Shown one piece after another: positions 1 through 12,344 of a DNA stretch of 64,000 nt. Both the position numbers and the translations under genes were made by a program. Each line of letters opens with the position of its first letter. The stretch's first letter is position 1. This stretch comes from Callorhinchus milii. Lineage: Eukaryota. The stretch covers positions 13,270,001 through 13,334,000 of the forward strand of contig NW_024704742.1 in assembly GCF_018977255.1 (NCBI RefSeq). The letters are read 5' to 3'. A model generated the notes under the pieces. The model was not told where the DNA came from and did no database searches. It worked only from the letters and a program-made list of their open reading frames with translations.

Positions 1-12
1 GATGGGGCAGTA

Positions 13-2060
13 ATTTGAGAGTATAGAGTAATTGACGCTATAGTATTTATTACAATTAAACCTACTAAAATGTCAATGTATGTGACATTATTGATTAGAA
101 AATTAATAATTTTCTCTCTTATATCTATCAATGTTCACTCTACCCTGTCATTTCACTCTCACATCACACGTCCCAAATTATTTGGTCTTATGTGTAGTTC
201 TATGCAGACCCCCATATTCCTTAAATATTGTCTTGCTATTTGGCTGGCCAATTGCCATCACATTTTTTCCTTTTTTTGTGCTTGGGAATGTTTGTCAGAA
301 TATTTTCTGTAGCCCAAGATATTTTTTATAAACATCAGCAGGTGGTGTCATTGGATGACAGCATACCAGGTCTGAATTGGCCTTGCGCAACTGTGAGCAA
401 CTTTGAAATTTATTTTTTCAACCAGTTTTAGAGACGTTTAAGCTTTCTCACTAATTTGGAATAAAACTGATTCACAGCCAGGTGCTATAAAAAAATGTAA
501 ATGCCCCTGACTGCTGTTTGTATTCTACTCATTTTCAAAAAAGTTATTACTTTTAATCCAGTTACCAAATTCTTTTATCAAAATTGATTTGGTTTTCAAT
601 CCTCTCTTCCATTTTTTCTCAAATACCTTTTCTTCTGTAACATAAAATTAAAAGTTAAATTATCCTCCCCATTTTATTTGGGGTGATTTCAGGAATCTTC
701 TACAATTTATGATTCTATAATGAATCTTTGTGTCCTTGTGTATTTTTCCTTCTCCTACTTGGATGTTGATCACATCCTAAACAGGCGTCTGCTGTATTAT
801 TACCTTTTGCATGAGGTATGTTGTTTGTGTGTGCCTTGACTTTTTGAGTTGCAATTTGAGACTTATAAGGTAAAGCAATTTTAATAATAGCTTGCAGTAA
901 TTTTCCAGAGGGAGCGGTTTCCAGTCTGCCAATACAAACCCCCTCACCTTCCATTATTGGCAGATACTCTATAAGTAAATTACATGCATACATGGAATAC
1001 GAATAGATAGTAATTGGTAATGGATACATGTCGATGTTTCATAAAACATATGCAATTATTATTATTGTTATTATTATTAATTGCAGCTAATTCTGCCCCC
1101 TGTACTGCTCAGTGATCAGGTAAAGAAATTTTTACTTTTAAATCCATTTGTGGAACATAAATTCCAAATCCGGTTTGCCTCATCCCCTCAACTACTGAAT
1201 TAGATCCATTGACAGACAGTAGTGGATTGTGGAATTTCAATCGCTTTGAATGGACCCTTCAGATAAATTGGGCCACTTATACCACAATAACGAGTATCCT
1301 CTTCATAGAGTAACTTGTTAGCCAAAAATGGCGGAGAATTGAAATGTTTTATCGTAATGTCTCGTTTTTGTAACAATAAAGTCCATCGAGCCATACGGAC
1401 ATTTGATACCATCTAAAAGTAATTCTGTTGGGGTATAATTGGTTAACAAAAGCATAGGTGATAAACCAACAATGTTAAAACATTGATTAAAAAACTGATA
1501 AAGAGTTAAAACAACAGTGATAAAACAAAATGTTGCACAGCCCAAAATGTTTTTCACATTTTGAAAAAATTAGTTCTACAGGAGTCAATACTCTGGATGC
1601 AGAGTAATGCAGAGACACAGTTTACTATGCTTGTGCTGTAATAAAACTGCTGAAATAACTAAATCTGGGGCTGCTACTTCCAAATAAAAAGGTTCCCTTT
1701 CTGGAACTTGTAAAGCAGGAGCTGACACTAAAACTTGTTTTAACTTTTGTGCTGCTCAGTACAGGCTGGCGTCCAATTCCATTCAGCATGTTATTGTAAT
1801 AAAGCATAAAGGGGAGCACTGAGTGTAGCAAAATCTTCAATAAAAACCCTGCAATCCCCTACCAATCCTAAAAAAGATCTCAATGATGGGACAGAAGTTG
1901 GCCAGGGTAAGAGCTTAATGGTCTTCATTTTATCTTCATCAGGTACGAACATCTTTACCAATTTGGATCCTAAAAATGATGCATTCTCTTTAGCAATCTG
2001 TGTGTTTTAGGATTTACTTTTAATCTTGATTCATAGATCAACTGTAACAGTTCTGTCAAC
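13..2060 (-). mobile_element. Third partial copy of the retroelement (RT thumb, tether, RNase H, integrase deleted, post-IN region)
   Basis: Appears identical to 17379-19426 (offset 17366; ORF-track entries are identical). Confidence 0.8.
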
Positions 2061-4268
2061 ATCTTTCAATCCTTCTTGAACACCTGGGGTGGTGCCAGAG
2101 GACTGGGGGGTTGCAAATGTTACTCCGCTGTACAAAAAAGGGCAGAAGGATAAACCCGTGAACTACAGGCCTGTCAGCCTCTCAGTAGTGGAGAAACATC
2201 TGGAGACGTTAATCCGAGACAAAATAAATTTTCGCTTAGAAAACTATGGGTTATAAAGGACAACCAACATTGATTTGTTAAAGGCAAATCATGTCTAACA
2301 AACCTGATAAGAGTTTTCTTTGATGAAGTAACGGAGAGGGTGGATGAAGGTAGTGCAGTTGATGTAGTTTATATGGATTTTCAAAAGGCTTTTGATAAAG
2401 TGCCACATAAGAAACTGGTCAGCAAAATAGAAGCCCACGGTATTAAAGGGACAGTGGCAGCATGGATACAGAACTGGCTGGGAAACAGAAAGCAGAGAGA
2501 GGTGGTGAACGGTTGTTTTTCTGACTGGAGGGAAGTGTGCAGTGGTGTCCCCCAGGGATCAGTATTGGGACCACTGCTGTTTTTGATGGAGATACATGAC
2601 CTGGACTTGGATACAGGGAGTACAGTTTCCAAGTTTGCAGATGATACTAAGCTAGGAAAAGTGATAATTAGTGAGGAGGATAGTAAGAGGACGTAGACAG
2701 ACTGGTAAAATGGGTAGACACATGGCAGATGAAGTTTAATGTGGAGAAATGCAAAGTGATGCATTTTCGGAGGAAGAATGAGGAGAGGCAATATAAGCTG
2801 ATGGGATAATCTTACAGGGGGTGAATGAAAAGAGAGACCTGGGGATTCATATAAGTAAATCTTTGAAGGTATCAGGACAGGTAGATAAAGCTGTTAACAA
2901 TCACACGGGTTACTAGGCTTTATAAATAGGGGCAGAGAATACAAAAGTCAGGAAGTTATGATGAACCTTTATAAAACACTGGTTAGGCCTCAGCTAGAGT
3001 ACTGCGTTCAGTTCTGGGCCCCACACTTTAGGAAGGATGTCAAGGCATTGGAGAGGATGCAAAGGAGATTTACCAGGATGCTACCAGGAATGAGGGACTT
3101 TAGTTATCAGGAGAGGCTAGAGAAGCTTGGATTATTCTCCTTGGAGCAGAGAAGGTTACGAGGAGACTTAATAGAAGTTTTCAAAATTATGAGGGTGGCA
3201 ATGTGAACAAGGAGAAACGATTTCCACTGGCGGGTGGGTTGGTAACCTGAGGACACCAATTTAAGATAGTTGTTAAAAGAAACATAGATTTTTCATAGAT
3301 TCATAGAATGTTACGGCACAGAAAGAGGCCATTCGGCCCATCGAGTCTGTGCGGCTCTTTGACAAAGCAAGTCACTTTCACTAACCCCAATCACCAGCTT
3401 TCTCCCCATAACCCTGCAAACCCGTCCTCCCCAGATACCTATCCAGTTCTCTCTTAAAAGCTGTTATCGAATCGGACTTCACTACCCTTTCAGGCAGATC
3501 ATTCCAAATTCCAACAACTCGCTGAGTGAAAAAATTTCTTCTAACCTCCCCTCTGCTTCTTTTGGCAGATATCTTAAGACTGTGACCACGGGTCACAGAC
3601 ACACCTACCAGTGGAAACAGCTTTGCCTTATCGAGCCTGTCGAAACCTTTCATGATCTTGAAGACCTCTATCAGGTCCCCGCGTAACCTTCTCTGCTCTA
3701 ATGGGAAAAGTCCTAACTTCTCCAGCCTGTCCTCATAGCTAAGGTTCCCCATTCCTAGTATCATTCTCGTGAATCTCCTCTGCACCCTTTTCAGTGCTTA
3801 ATGTCCTTCCTGAAGTAAGGTGCCCAGAACTGGGCGCAGTACTCCAGCTGAGGCCTAATCAATGTTTTGTATAGATTAACCATAACCTCCCCACTCTTAT
3901 ACTCTATGCCCCTACTAATGAAGCTCAGTACACCAAATGCCTTTTTTACTGCCTTATCCACCTGCCCCCCTACCTTTAATGATTCGCTTACTTGAACACC
4001 CAGATCATGAGGGGAGGTGAGGAGAATTTTTTTCACACAACGAGTTGTTTGGATCTGGAAAGCGTTGCTTAAAAGGATGGTGGAAGCCAATTCAATCACA
4101 ACTCTTAAGAGAGTAGTAGATAATTATTTGGGGAGGACAAGTTTGCAGGGCTATGGGGAGAGAGTGGGGGGTGTGGGATTGAATTGGACAGCTCTTTTCA
4201 AAGAGCCGGCACAGACACGATGGGCCGGATGGCCATTTTCTGTGCTGTATAATTCTATGATTCTATGA
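2061..4268 (+). mobile_element. 5'-truncated CR1 inserted in the retroelement RT, with a nested antisense CR1 (~3283-4005)
   Basis: [47 protein letters not shown] tail at 4251-4268. The nested copy has its own tail. Confidence 0.9.
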
Positions 4269-4278
4269 ATTGTTCATG

Positions 4279-5965
4279 CAGGCGTGTGAACAGAAATCGG
4301 ATATGATCAGAATCAAGAGAGAGGAGGTACTAAAAAGGCTGTCGGTGCTCAACATAGATAAGTCACCTGGTCTGGACGGGATGCATCCTAGGCTACTGAG
4401 GGAAGCAAAAGTGGAAATAGCGGAAGCTCTGGCCACAATCTTTCAATCCTTCTTGAACACTAGGTGGTGCCAGAGGACTGGGGTTGCAAATGTTACTCCC
4501 CTGTACAAAAAGGGGCAGAAGGATAAACCTGAGAACTACAGGCCTCAGCCTCTCATTAGTGGAGAAACTCTGGAGACTATAATCCAGGACAAATAAATTT
4601 CCTTAGAAAATATGGGTTATAAAGGACACAACAGGATTTGTTAAAGGCAATCTGTCTAAAACCTAGATAGAGATTTTTGATGAAGTACGAGAGGTGGATG
4701 AAGGAAGTGCAGATGTAGTTTATTAGATTTTCAAAAGGTTTGAAAAGTGCCACATAAGAACTGGTACCAAAATAGAAGCCCACGGTATTAAAGGGACGTG
4801 GCACATGGATCCAGAACTGGCTGGGACAGAAAGCAGAGAGGGTAGTAAGGTTGCTTTTCTGACTGGTGTTCCCAGGGTCAGTATTGGGACCACTGCTTTT
4901 TGATAATAATGACTGGACTGATAAGGGAGACATTTCCAATTTGCAGAGATACTAAGCTAGAAAAGTGTTAATGTGAGAGGATAGCATCAGACTCTTCATA
5001 TCTGTTAAAAGAAACAGAGGGGAGGTTAGGAATTTTTTTTTCACCCAGCGCATTGCTCGGATCTGGAATGCATTACCTGAAAGGGTAGTGGAAGCCAATT
5101 CAATAACAACTTTTAAGAGAGAAGTAGATGGGTATTTGGGGAGGACAAGATTGCAGGGCTATGGAGAGGACTTAAGACAGATCGATAAAACGGGCAGAAA
5201 TGTGACAGATGAGGTTTAATGTGGAGAAATGCGAAGTGTTGCATTTTCGGTTGGAAGAATGAGGAGAGGCAGTTATAAGCTAGATGGTACAATCTTAAAG
5301 GGGGCAAATGAAAGAGTGACCGGGGGGTCCAATAAGCAAATCTCTGAAGGTGCAAGACAGGTAGATAAAACTGTTAAAAAAGCATATAGGTACTACGTTT
5401 TATAAATAGGGGCATAGAATCAAAGTCAGGAGGTTATGTTGAATTTTAAAATCTGGTATGGCCTCAGCTTGGAGTACTGCTTCAGTTCTGGGCACCCACT
5501 TTAGGAAGATGTAGGGCATTGGAGAGTGCAAAGGAGTTTACCAGGATGTACCGGGAATGAGGACCTTAGTTATGAGGAGAGTAGTGAAACTAGAATTATT
5601 CTCCTAGAGCAGAGAAGTTAGAGGGGATTTAAAGAGGTTTTCAAGATCATGAGAGGTTTGATAGTTGAACAGGAAAAACTGTTTCCACTGCGTGGGTCGT
5701 AACCCGAGGATACCAATTAAGTTAGTTAAAAGAAACGGAGGGGAGGTTCAGAATTTTTTTTCACCCAGCGAGTTATTCAGATCTGGAATGCATTACCTGA
5801 AAGGGTAGAGAGAAGTAGATTATTTTTGGAGGACAAGATTGCAGGACTTTGGAGAGAAAGCGGGCCAGTGGGATTCAGTTGGATTGCTCTTTTCGGAGCT
5901 GGTGCAGACACGTTGGGCCGAATGGCCTCTTTCTGTGCTGTATGATTCTATAAATTCAATGATTC
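4279..5965 (+). mobile_element. CR1 ORF2 3' portion (inverted duplicate of 34008-35782; many single-base deletions)
   Basis: [15 protein letters not shown] and NYRP motifs; tail gattctat near 5944. Confidence 0.85.
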
Positions 5966-6467
5966 TCAAATTTGAATAAAGAACAGAAAATCTGATGACA
6001 CTCAGCTATTTAACAGGGTAGTCCAACTTTCCCTCTGGCATTGGTTATTGAGTTCAAATCACTCTCTGTTCTTTCAGCAAATATTTGGTGGGATTAGGGA
6101 GTGTCAATAGGGAGTGTCAAAAGAATTATAATTACTAAATGATCCAGGAACACAGGATCATTTGTTGTTGTTTTTGATACCTTTGGAGATATTCTGTACT
6201 AGAGAACTTTTAAAATGTGATAATCGGACAGGTTTATTTACTAAAAGATGCCAGATTTAAAAAATAATCTGAGATTAGGATGAAACACATTGAGAAACAC
6301 TGCATTGATAAATGCAAAATCAGACAGACTCCATTCTGCCTCAATATGGCCTAGTACCTGTTTTGCGGCTAAGACCAAGGCAAAGATTAAGGGATAGGTT
6401 AAATGTGCCTGAGAGTTTTATTTGGGATTTTATGTTGGTTTATGTGCAGGTGCATTTTCTAGCTCAC

Positions 6468-6616
6468 CTGAGGTAAAGATTTTGCTGGCCGACAGTGTAT
6501 TCCTCCTACAAATACAAAATTAGGCAGAAATGGCCGGGGATAATCGAAGTCCCAATATGTTCGAATCAGCCAAATGTCAGCTTTACCCATTGTTTCACAG
6601 AACGTCGTTGGTTCAC
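6468..6616 (-). pseudogene. UGT2A: Duplicated copy of UGT2 exon 2 with intact splice sites
   Basis: Reverse complement of 33357-33505, inside inverted duplicate 4279-7302. No exon 3-6 copies follow it within the window. Confidence 0.8.
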
Positions 6617-7302
6617 CTTTGGAAAGAAATACAACAGATTAGAGAACAGAAACACAAGAGACAATCTGTGGCCCCAAATTAAATTTTCAAAATCAAATCT
6701 CGCTTAGAATTCTCAGGTCGCTGTGAGGACCTCAATTGTCCTACAGGATCACTGTTATCTGCTACACTTTGAAAACAGCAGTGGATCAATCCCAAGTGTG
6801 ACATCTCGCTTAAAACTGGAGTCTCTTCAGCACAAACCTGCGAAGCCTTCCTGGTAACCAACAGTTTTGACATTCTCTGTAGACACTGTGTTTCATGTAA
6901 AAGCTGCACAGTGCAAACCTGTGGCATTTCTGTTTGACAACAACTTACACTTACAAAGCGCCCTTCTCGCAGGGTAGCATCTCAGAGCATTTTATTCCCT
7001 GGTCCATGTGTTAATTAGCACAAGGAACATGTTAAGAAACACTGCAAACTTTATACCGGTGAAATAATAAAAACATAAAGAATTTATTTACTTAATAATA
7101 ATAATCCTTGCATTTGATATAGCACCTTCCATTTCAGGTGCTGTGCATTTATTTCAGATTATAATAATAATCCTTGAATTTGATATAGCGCCTTATCACA
7201 TCTTCAAGACATCTCAAAGCACTTCATAGATACACTGTAAAGTGAATAGACTGTATATTTTGTGGGCCAAACAAAAAAAAGATTTCCAGCTTTCAAGGGT
7301 TT

Positions 7303-8160
7303 ACGCCTTTTGAAAATCCATATAAACTATATCAACTCCACCACATTCATCCACCCTCTCCATTACTTCATCAAAAAACTCTATCAGGTTTGTTAGACAT
7401 GATTTGCCTTTAACAAATCCATGTTGGCTGTTCTTTATTAACCCATATTTTTCTAAGTGAAAATTTATTTTGTCCCAGATGTTAGTCTCCAGAAGTTTCC
7501 CCACTACTGACCTTAGGCTGACTGGCCTGTAGTTCCTGGGTTTATCCTTCTGCCTCTTTTTGTAGGGGAGTAACATTTGCAACCCTCCAATCCTCTGGAG
7601 GATATTATGTCTCCAATCTGTATTTTGGATCGCGTAATAAGATATTATGTCTCCAATCCAATCTCCAATCCGTTGTCCAAGGAGGATTGAAAGATTGTCG
7701 TCAGAGCCTCCTTTATTTCCACCCTTATTTCCCTCAGTAACCTAGGATGCATCCCGTCTGGACCGGGTGACTTATCTACCTTGAGCACTGACAACCTTTT
7801 TAGTACCTCCTCTCGTTTTTTTCTCATCTTATCCAATCCAAAGACAGATGCAAAGTACTCATTCAGTCCGTCAGCCATGCCCTCTGCCTCCACAAGAAGA
7901 TTTCCTCTTTGGTCACTGATTGGACCCACTCTACCTTTGACTAACCTTTTATTCTTTATGTATTTATAAAATACCTTAGAGTTTCCTTTTATGTTACCCG
8001 CTAATCTTTTCTCTAAACTAGAATATATTAGAATATACAGCACAGAAACAGGCCATTTGGCCCAAGTGGTCTATGATGATTGATGCTCCACATGAGCCTC
8101 CTCCTGCCCTTCCTCAACTAAGCCTTCAAGCACAACCTTCTATTCCTTTTTGCTCCTTAA
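7303..8160 (-). mobile_element. CR1 ORF2 fragments and a CR1 3'-end fragment
   Basis: [36 protein letters not shown]. Confidence 0.85.
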
Positions 8161-8289
8161 CTCTAACCAATCAATTCTGTTTTTAGACCCTCTAGCACAT
8201 TGTCCCTTTCCTAAAGAAAGTCTGTCTATTGAGCGCCTTGGGACGTCTCCAAGGTGCTATACAAATGTAATTTTGTTGTTGTTGTTGTA

Positions 8290-9290
8290 AACTCTTCCTC
8301 ACAGCACTAGTTAACCTCTCTGCAAGGACATCGGTCCCAGCCTATTCAGGTGTAACCCATCTACCAGGTCCCACCTGCCCCTGAACTGGTACCAACACTC
8401 CAGGAACCTGAAGCCCTCCTTTCTGCACAATTTCTCCAGCCATGCATTCATGTGTTTGATCCTGCTGTTTTGATACTCACTTGCACGAGGCACTGGGAGT
8501 AATCCATCTTTGAGGTCCTATTCTTTAGCTTTTTCCCTAGCTTCTGATACTCTCCTTGAAGGATCTCAGCCCTTTTCTCCCCTACATCAGGGATCCCAAC
8601 ATGGACCATGACTTTCTGGATATTCTTTCCCAGTAGAACGTTTTGCTCGTTCCCGATTGTTTTCAACCCCGGCACAAGGGGGAACGAGAGTGACATCTTT
8701 GGTTGCACAAACGCCTGTCTGCTCCTTTCACCCTGTGTCCCCTTGTGCACCCATTTGCTTTTGATTACCCTCCGCAGAGGGGCACCACCCTGACTGGCAT
8801 TCAGTGCAGAGACCCGTTTGTGAGTGCCACACTCAGGGGATTCCTGCACTCCCCATCCTTTCTTCCTACCATGCCAGATGGTCACCCACTCACTCTCGTT
8901 CTGAACCCTCTGTGGCTGTAGGGTGACTACCTCCTGAAATGTTCAATCCATGAACTCTTCAGCCTCCCATATGCTATGTAGTGACACCAGCCTCTCCTCA
9001 AGCTCAGAAACTCTGATCAAGCTCGAGCAGCCGGAGGCACTTCCGACACACGTGTCTGTCCAGGGCACACAGAGCATCCTGGAGTTCCCATATGGTACAC
9101 ATTGTGCATGCTGCTGCCATATTCCCAGACTTGTTTTCTATTATTTTAATATAACTTATATATTTTATAATTATGCACCTCATGCCTCCTCTGCACCAAA
9201 TTCCCACTCTCACCAAATTCCTTAACAGAATTCTCATTCTGTTCCACCTCACTCAGTTCCCTCCTCACACTGTGTCTCCGATCATTTTAT
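8290..9290 (-). mobile_element. CR1 5'UTR/ORF1 fragment (Zn finger + esterase)
   Basis: CTMCTIWE..HVCRKC, VHVG, DGLHLN. Confidence 0.8.
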
Positions 9291-11166
9291 GCTTGGATAT
9301 AATTACTTAAGCAACCAGAATTGTAAGTAATTAGAAAATTGTTAGCTCTATACATTAAACAAATGATTTTTTAATATACACATAAGTGATTTATAGTCAA
9401 AACAGAAACAGCATTAAAACCCAACATTCCCAAAGGACCATTGGCTCCAGAGTCTCACTCCACCCTACATCTGCAATCTCCTTCAATTTAACTGGCCACT
9501 TAGCGAGTACCGGCCTCACGTCCCCTCCTCAATCCATCCCACCATTGGCTGGCAGGTTTCAGCAATATTTGCCAATTAAGCAGAGAAAAAAAATGAATCA
9601 CTACTAGAGCTAATGTCTACCCAATCCAGGTTGTAGAGATGGAGTTACATGAAATAACCAAATTGACATCACCTCCAGCAGATCCAAACCTGAAGACTGT
9701 AATCAAAAATTTCTTCCAAGTTTTTTTAAAAAAATTATATCCTAGAAGTCCATAAAAAGTTTAGTTGCTTAAATTTGTCTTTGAACTGCCTTAATGAACT
9801 TGCACTTATCCCATCCACCCTGGGTTTCAGATGAGAATGTCACAAAAAAACATTAAAGGTCTCACATAACGCAGCATTAAGCCATTATTCCAGTTTCACC
9901 AGACCTGTGCTGATAGTTGAAATCAGCCAGGACAGAGTTGGGTCGCATATAGGCCTTTGGGTCCTCGAGTTGCGGAAAGGAAAAAACAAAGAGGTTCAGA
10001 TAAAGAAGGCTTTTGGACCAATTTGATTTAACTCTTACAGAATACCCAGTCTGTTATTATTTATATTAAAGCATTGAGCCTGCTTAAAAGACTCCAGTGG
10101 ACTGGTCTCAACCACACTTCCTGCTTAGCCTTTCCAGATATTAATTACCATCAATGTAAAGAAATATTTCCTGCAATCTGTCCTCAAATTACCTTTCACA
10201 ACATTCAATCTGTGTTTTCTTTAGTTCAGCCAAGTATCTGAAAATCCTCCATGTTTAATCTCCAAAAACAGTATACTGAATGAATGCATAACCATTTTTT
10301 ACCTGGGATAGATGTTGACCAAGACGCTATAGAAATTCACAGCACAGATTGAGCTCAAAGTTCCAACATGGTGTTTGAACCCAGAACCTTTTAACTCAGA
10401 GGCAAGAGTGCTAACAACTGAGCCAATATGACACTGGTTTCCATTCGCTTGGAATACAATACGCACAATCCTTATCGAACTCTAGAGGGTGTTAGGCACA
10501 GGATGGGGAATCCCAGAATGTGTGTTGTGACTCTACTGGAGCTTAAAAAGCTAAAACTGCAACCTACCATTGTGAACAAATGTATCAAGCTTCCCACTGC
10601 TTATCCAACTAGGGAAATGCCAAATAACCCATCAGGGATTTGGGTTGCAGGGCTAATTTTGGGGGGGTCTGCCAAGCATCTGACAGATGCAGAAACACAT
10701 CACCACACACACCATTTGGAAATACAGAGTTCCAAAGATGTGAAGACTTTCCTCTTTGATCATGCTTCCCGCCACCCTCCCCCCTAATCAATCAATGACT
10801 GTTGTGGGACACTTCTGTGCTCAATTGGCTGCCGCGTTTCATCCACAAAATACGGTCAATTCACTTTGTGATATATTCTGTGAAGCCTTTTGAGATGTCG
10901 CAACAACATGATATATGAACTATATGAACTGCAGGGAAAATTATGATTATATTATTATTATTATTACCTCTGTCCCAAGGAGCCGTCACTTCTGGTTTAC
11001 TCCCCTGCCCACCCCGGGGCTCTAATAATAATAATCCTGGCATTTAATAAAGCGCCTCATCACGTCTTTGAGATGTCTCAAAGCGCTTCACAGTATTGAC
11101 TGTAAAGTGAATTGCCTGTGTATTGTAGGCAAAATATAAACCGGGGTCAGGGTTTATGTCCCTGAT

Positions 11167-11194
11167 GACAGACAGACAGACAGACAGACAGACA
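11167..11194. repeat. (GACA)7 microsatellite
   Basis: Read directly from the sequence. Confidence 0.9.
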
Positions 11195-11199
11195 GAGAC

Positions 11200-11690
11200 C
11201 AAGCCCCCCACCCCGGCTCCCCCCTCTGGCCCTGTGTCTCTGTCTGTGCCTCACAGGGGGGAGGAGTTTGACACTGAGCGGCCCAGGCCCTGACCTAGGC
11301 CTAGACACAGTGTCAGGCGGACTCTGGTCTCGGAGCCGGAGAGGTGAGCAAGACCCGGGCGGGGGGAGGCACAATGACTGGCCGGCCGGGTGGCGGTGAC
11401 CGGTGGGTGGTGTGACGGTCGCTCTCACCTTTCTCCTCGCGGTTCTCCGCCATCCCTCTGACTCGCCGCACACTCTGCTCCAGCAAAATGGCGCCGCCCG
11501 CGATCCCACAGGCCTTCCCGCCCGTCGCGCGTCACAATGCGGACCCGTCGCGACGTCACAATGGGCGGTGGCGGCCACGTACGTCACAATGGGCCTGCCC
11601 CCCCTCAACCCCACCTCCCCGGTGTTTGCTGGTCACGTGGTGGCTCTGACGTGGTGTGTGTGTGGAGCGTTCCATCCTCTCCGTCCACAC
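11200..11690 (-). promoter_or_regulatory. CpG-island housekeeping-type promoter and first-exon region
   Basis: Clearly GC/CpG-rich non-repeat tract in an AT-rich window. YY1-type CAAAATGGCGCC at 11484-11495; three CGTCACAATG units (11530, 11554, 11582); CACGTG near 11634; TGACGTGG near 11647. Confidence 0.75.
11429..11453 (-). CDS. YTHDC1: First coding exon resembling YTHDC1 exon 1 (MAENREEK + phase-1 donor)
   Basis: Minus strand gggATGGCGGAGAACCGCGAGGAGAAAG|GTGAGA inside a CpG island. Resembles the YTHDC1 N-terminus MAADSREEK|D, and YTHDC1 lies next to the UGT2 cluster in vertebrates (human 4q13). Only 8 codons, and YTHDC1 exon 2 was not found. Confidence 0.6.
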
Positions 11691-11844
11691 AGCGCTCACT
11701 CAACACATTCACACACATACTTCAGAATTTTGTAAACCAAATCAGGGGACATATACTTAAAAAAAGGGAACTCACCACTGTTCCTGGTTCTGGCAGTACT
11801 GGAGCAGCTTGTTTCACTGATGAGTGTATGTGTTTCAGAATGTT

Positions 11845-12127
11845 ATAGTCCTTGCATTTGATATAACGCTTCTCATGTCTTCGAGACGCCTCAAAGCGCT
11901 TCACAGAATATCTTGTAAAGTGAGTTGTTTGTGGGCGAAACACAGCAGCCAATTGCGCACAGCAACGTCCCACAAACAGTCGTGGATTGAAATGACCAAT
12001 TTATTGTGTGTTTTGTCTTGAGGGATTGTTATCAGTCATGTGGAGTAAGGAAACTTGCCCAAGGTTTGGCCCTGCCGGGAATTGAACACAGGTCTCTCAT
12101 TTGCAAAGCCACTGAGCTACAGGACTC
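11845..12127 (-). mobile_element. tRNA-derived SINE
   Basis: Same family; head CTGAGCTACAGGACTC on +. Confidence 0.8.
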
Positions 12128-12344
12128 CACCCCTTATACAATCACAATACATACGCCACTCGTTTGTGCACACATTCACACATTTACTCACACATTTACA
12201 CATACACATTCATGGATACATACTAAAATACACTCATTTCATGCATACTGATACATTCACTCTCAATACACTTGAATATATATATGTACTCATTCACACA
12301 CACACATGCATACAATACATAAATCTATACTCACTCACATACAT

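Larger units (their letters stand above)
1..4278 (+). repeat. Direct duplicate of 17367-21644
   Basis: Constant offset 17366 with identical ORFs. Confidence 0.95.
4279..7302 (-). repeat. Inverted duplicate of 32671-35782 (contains UGT2 exon 2)
   Basis: Mirror ORFs (6495..6707 vs 33266..33478; 6679..6927 vs 33046..33294). Confidence 0.93.

Noticed and set aside
2381..2791. Antisense ORFs over LINEs (e.g. 2381..2791, 37858..38526, 56962..57384)
   Set aside because: Shadow frames of CR1/L2 coding sequence.
11147..11848. Long ORFs across the CpG island (11147..11614, 11403..11735, 11537..11848)
   Set aside because: Stop-poor because of high GC; no recognisable protein. Only the 25-nt spliced exon is supported.
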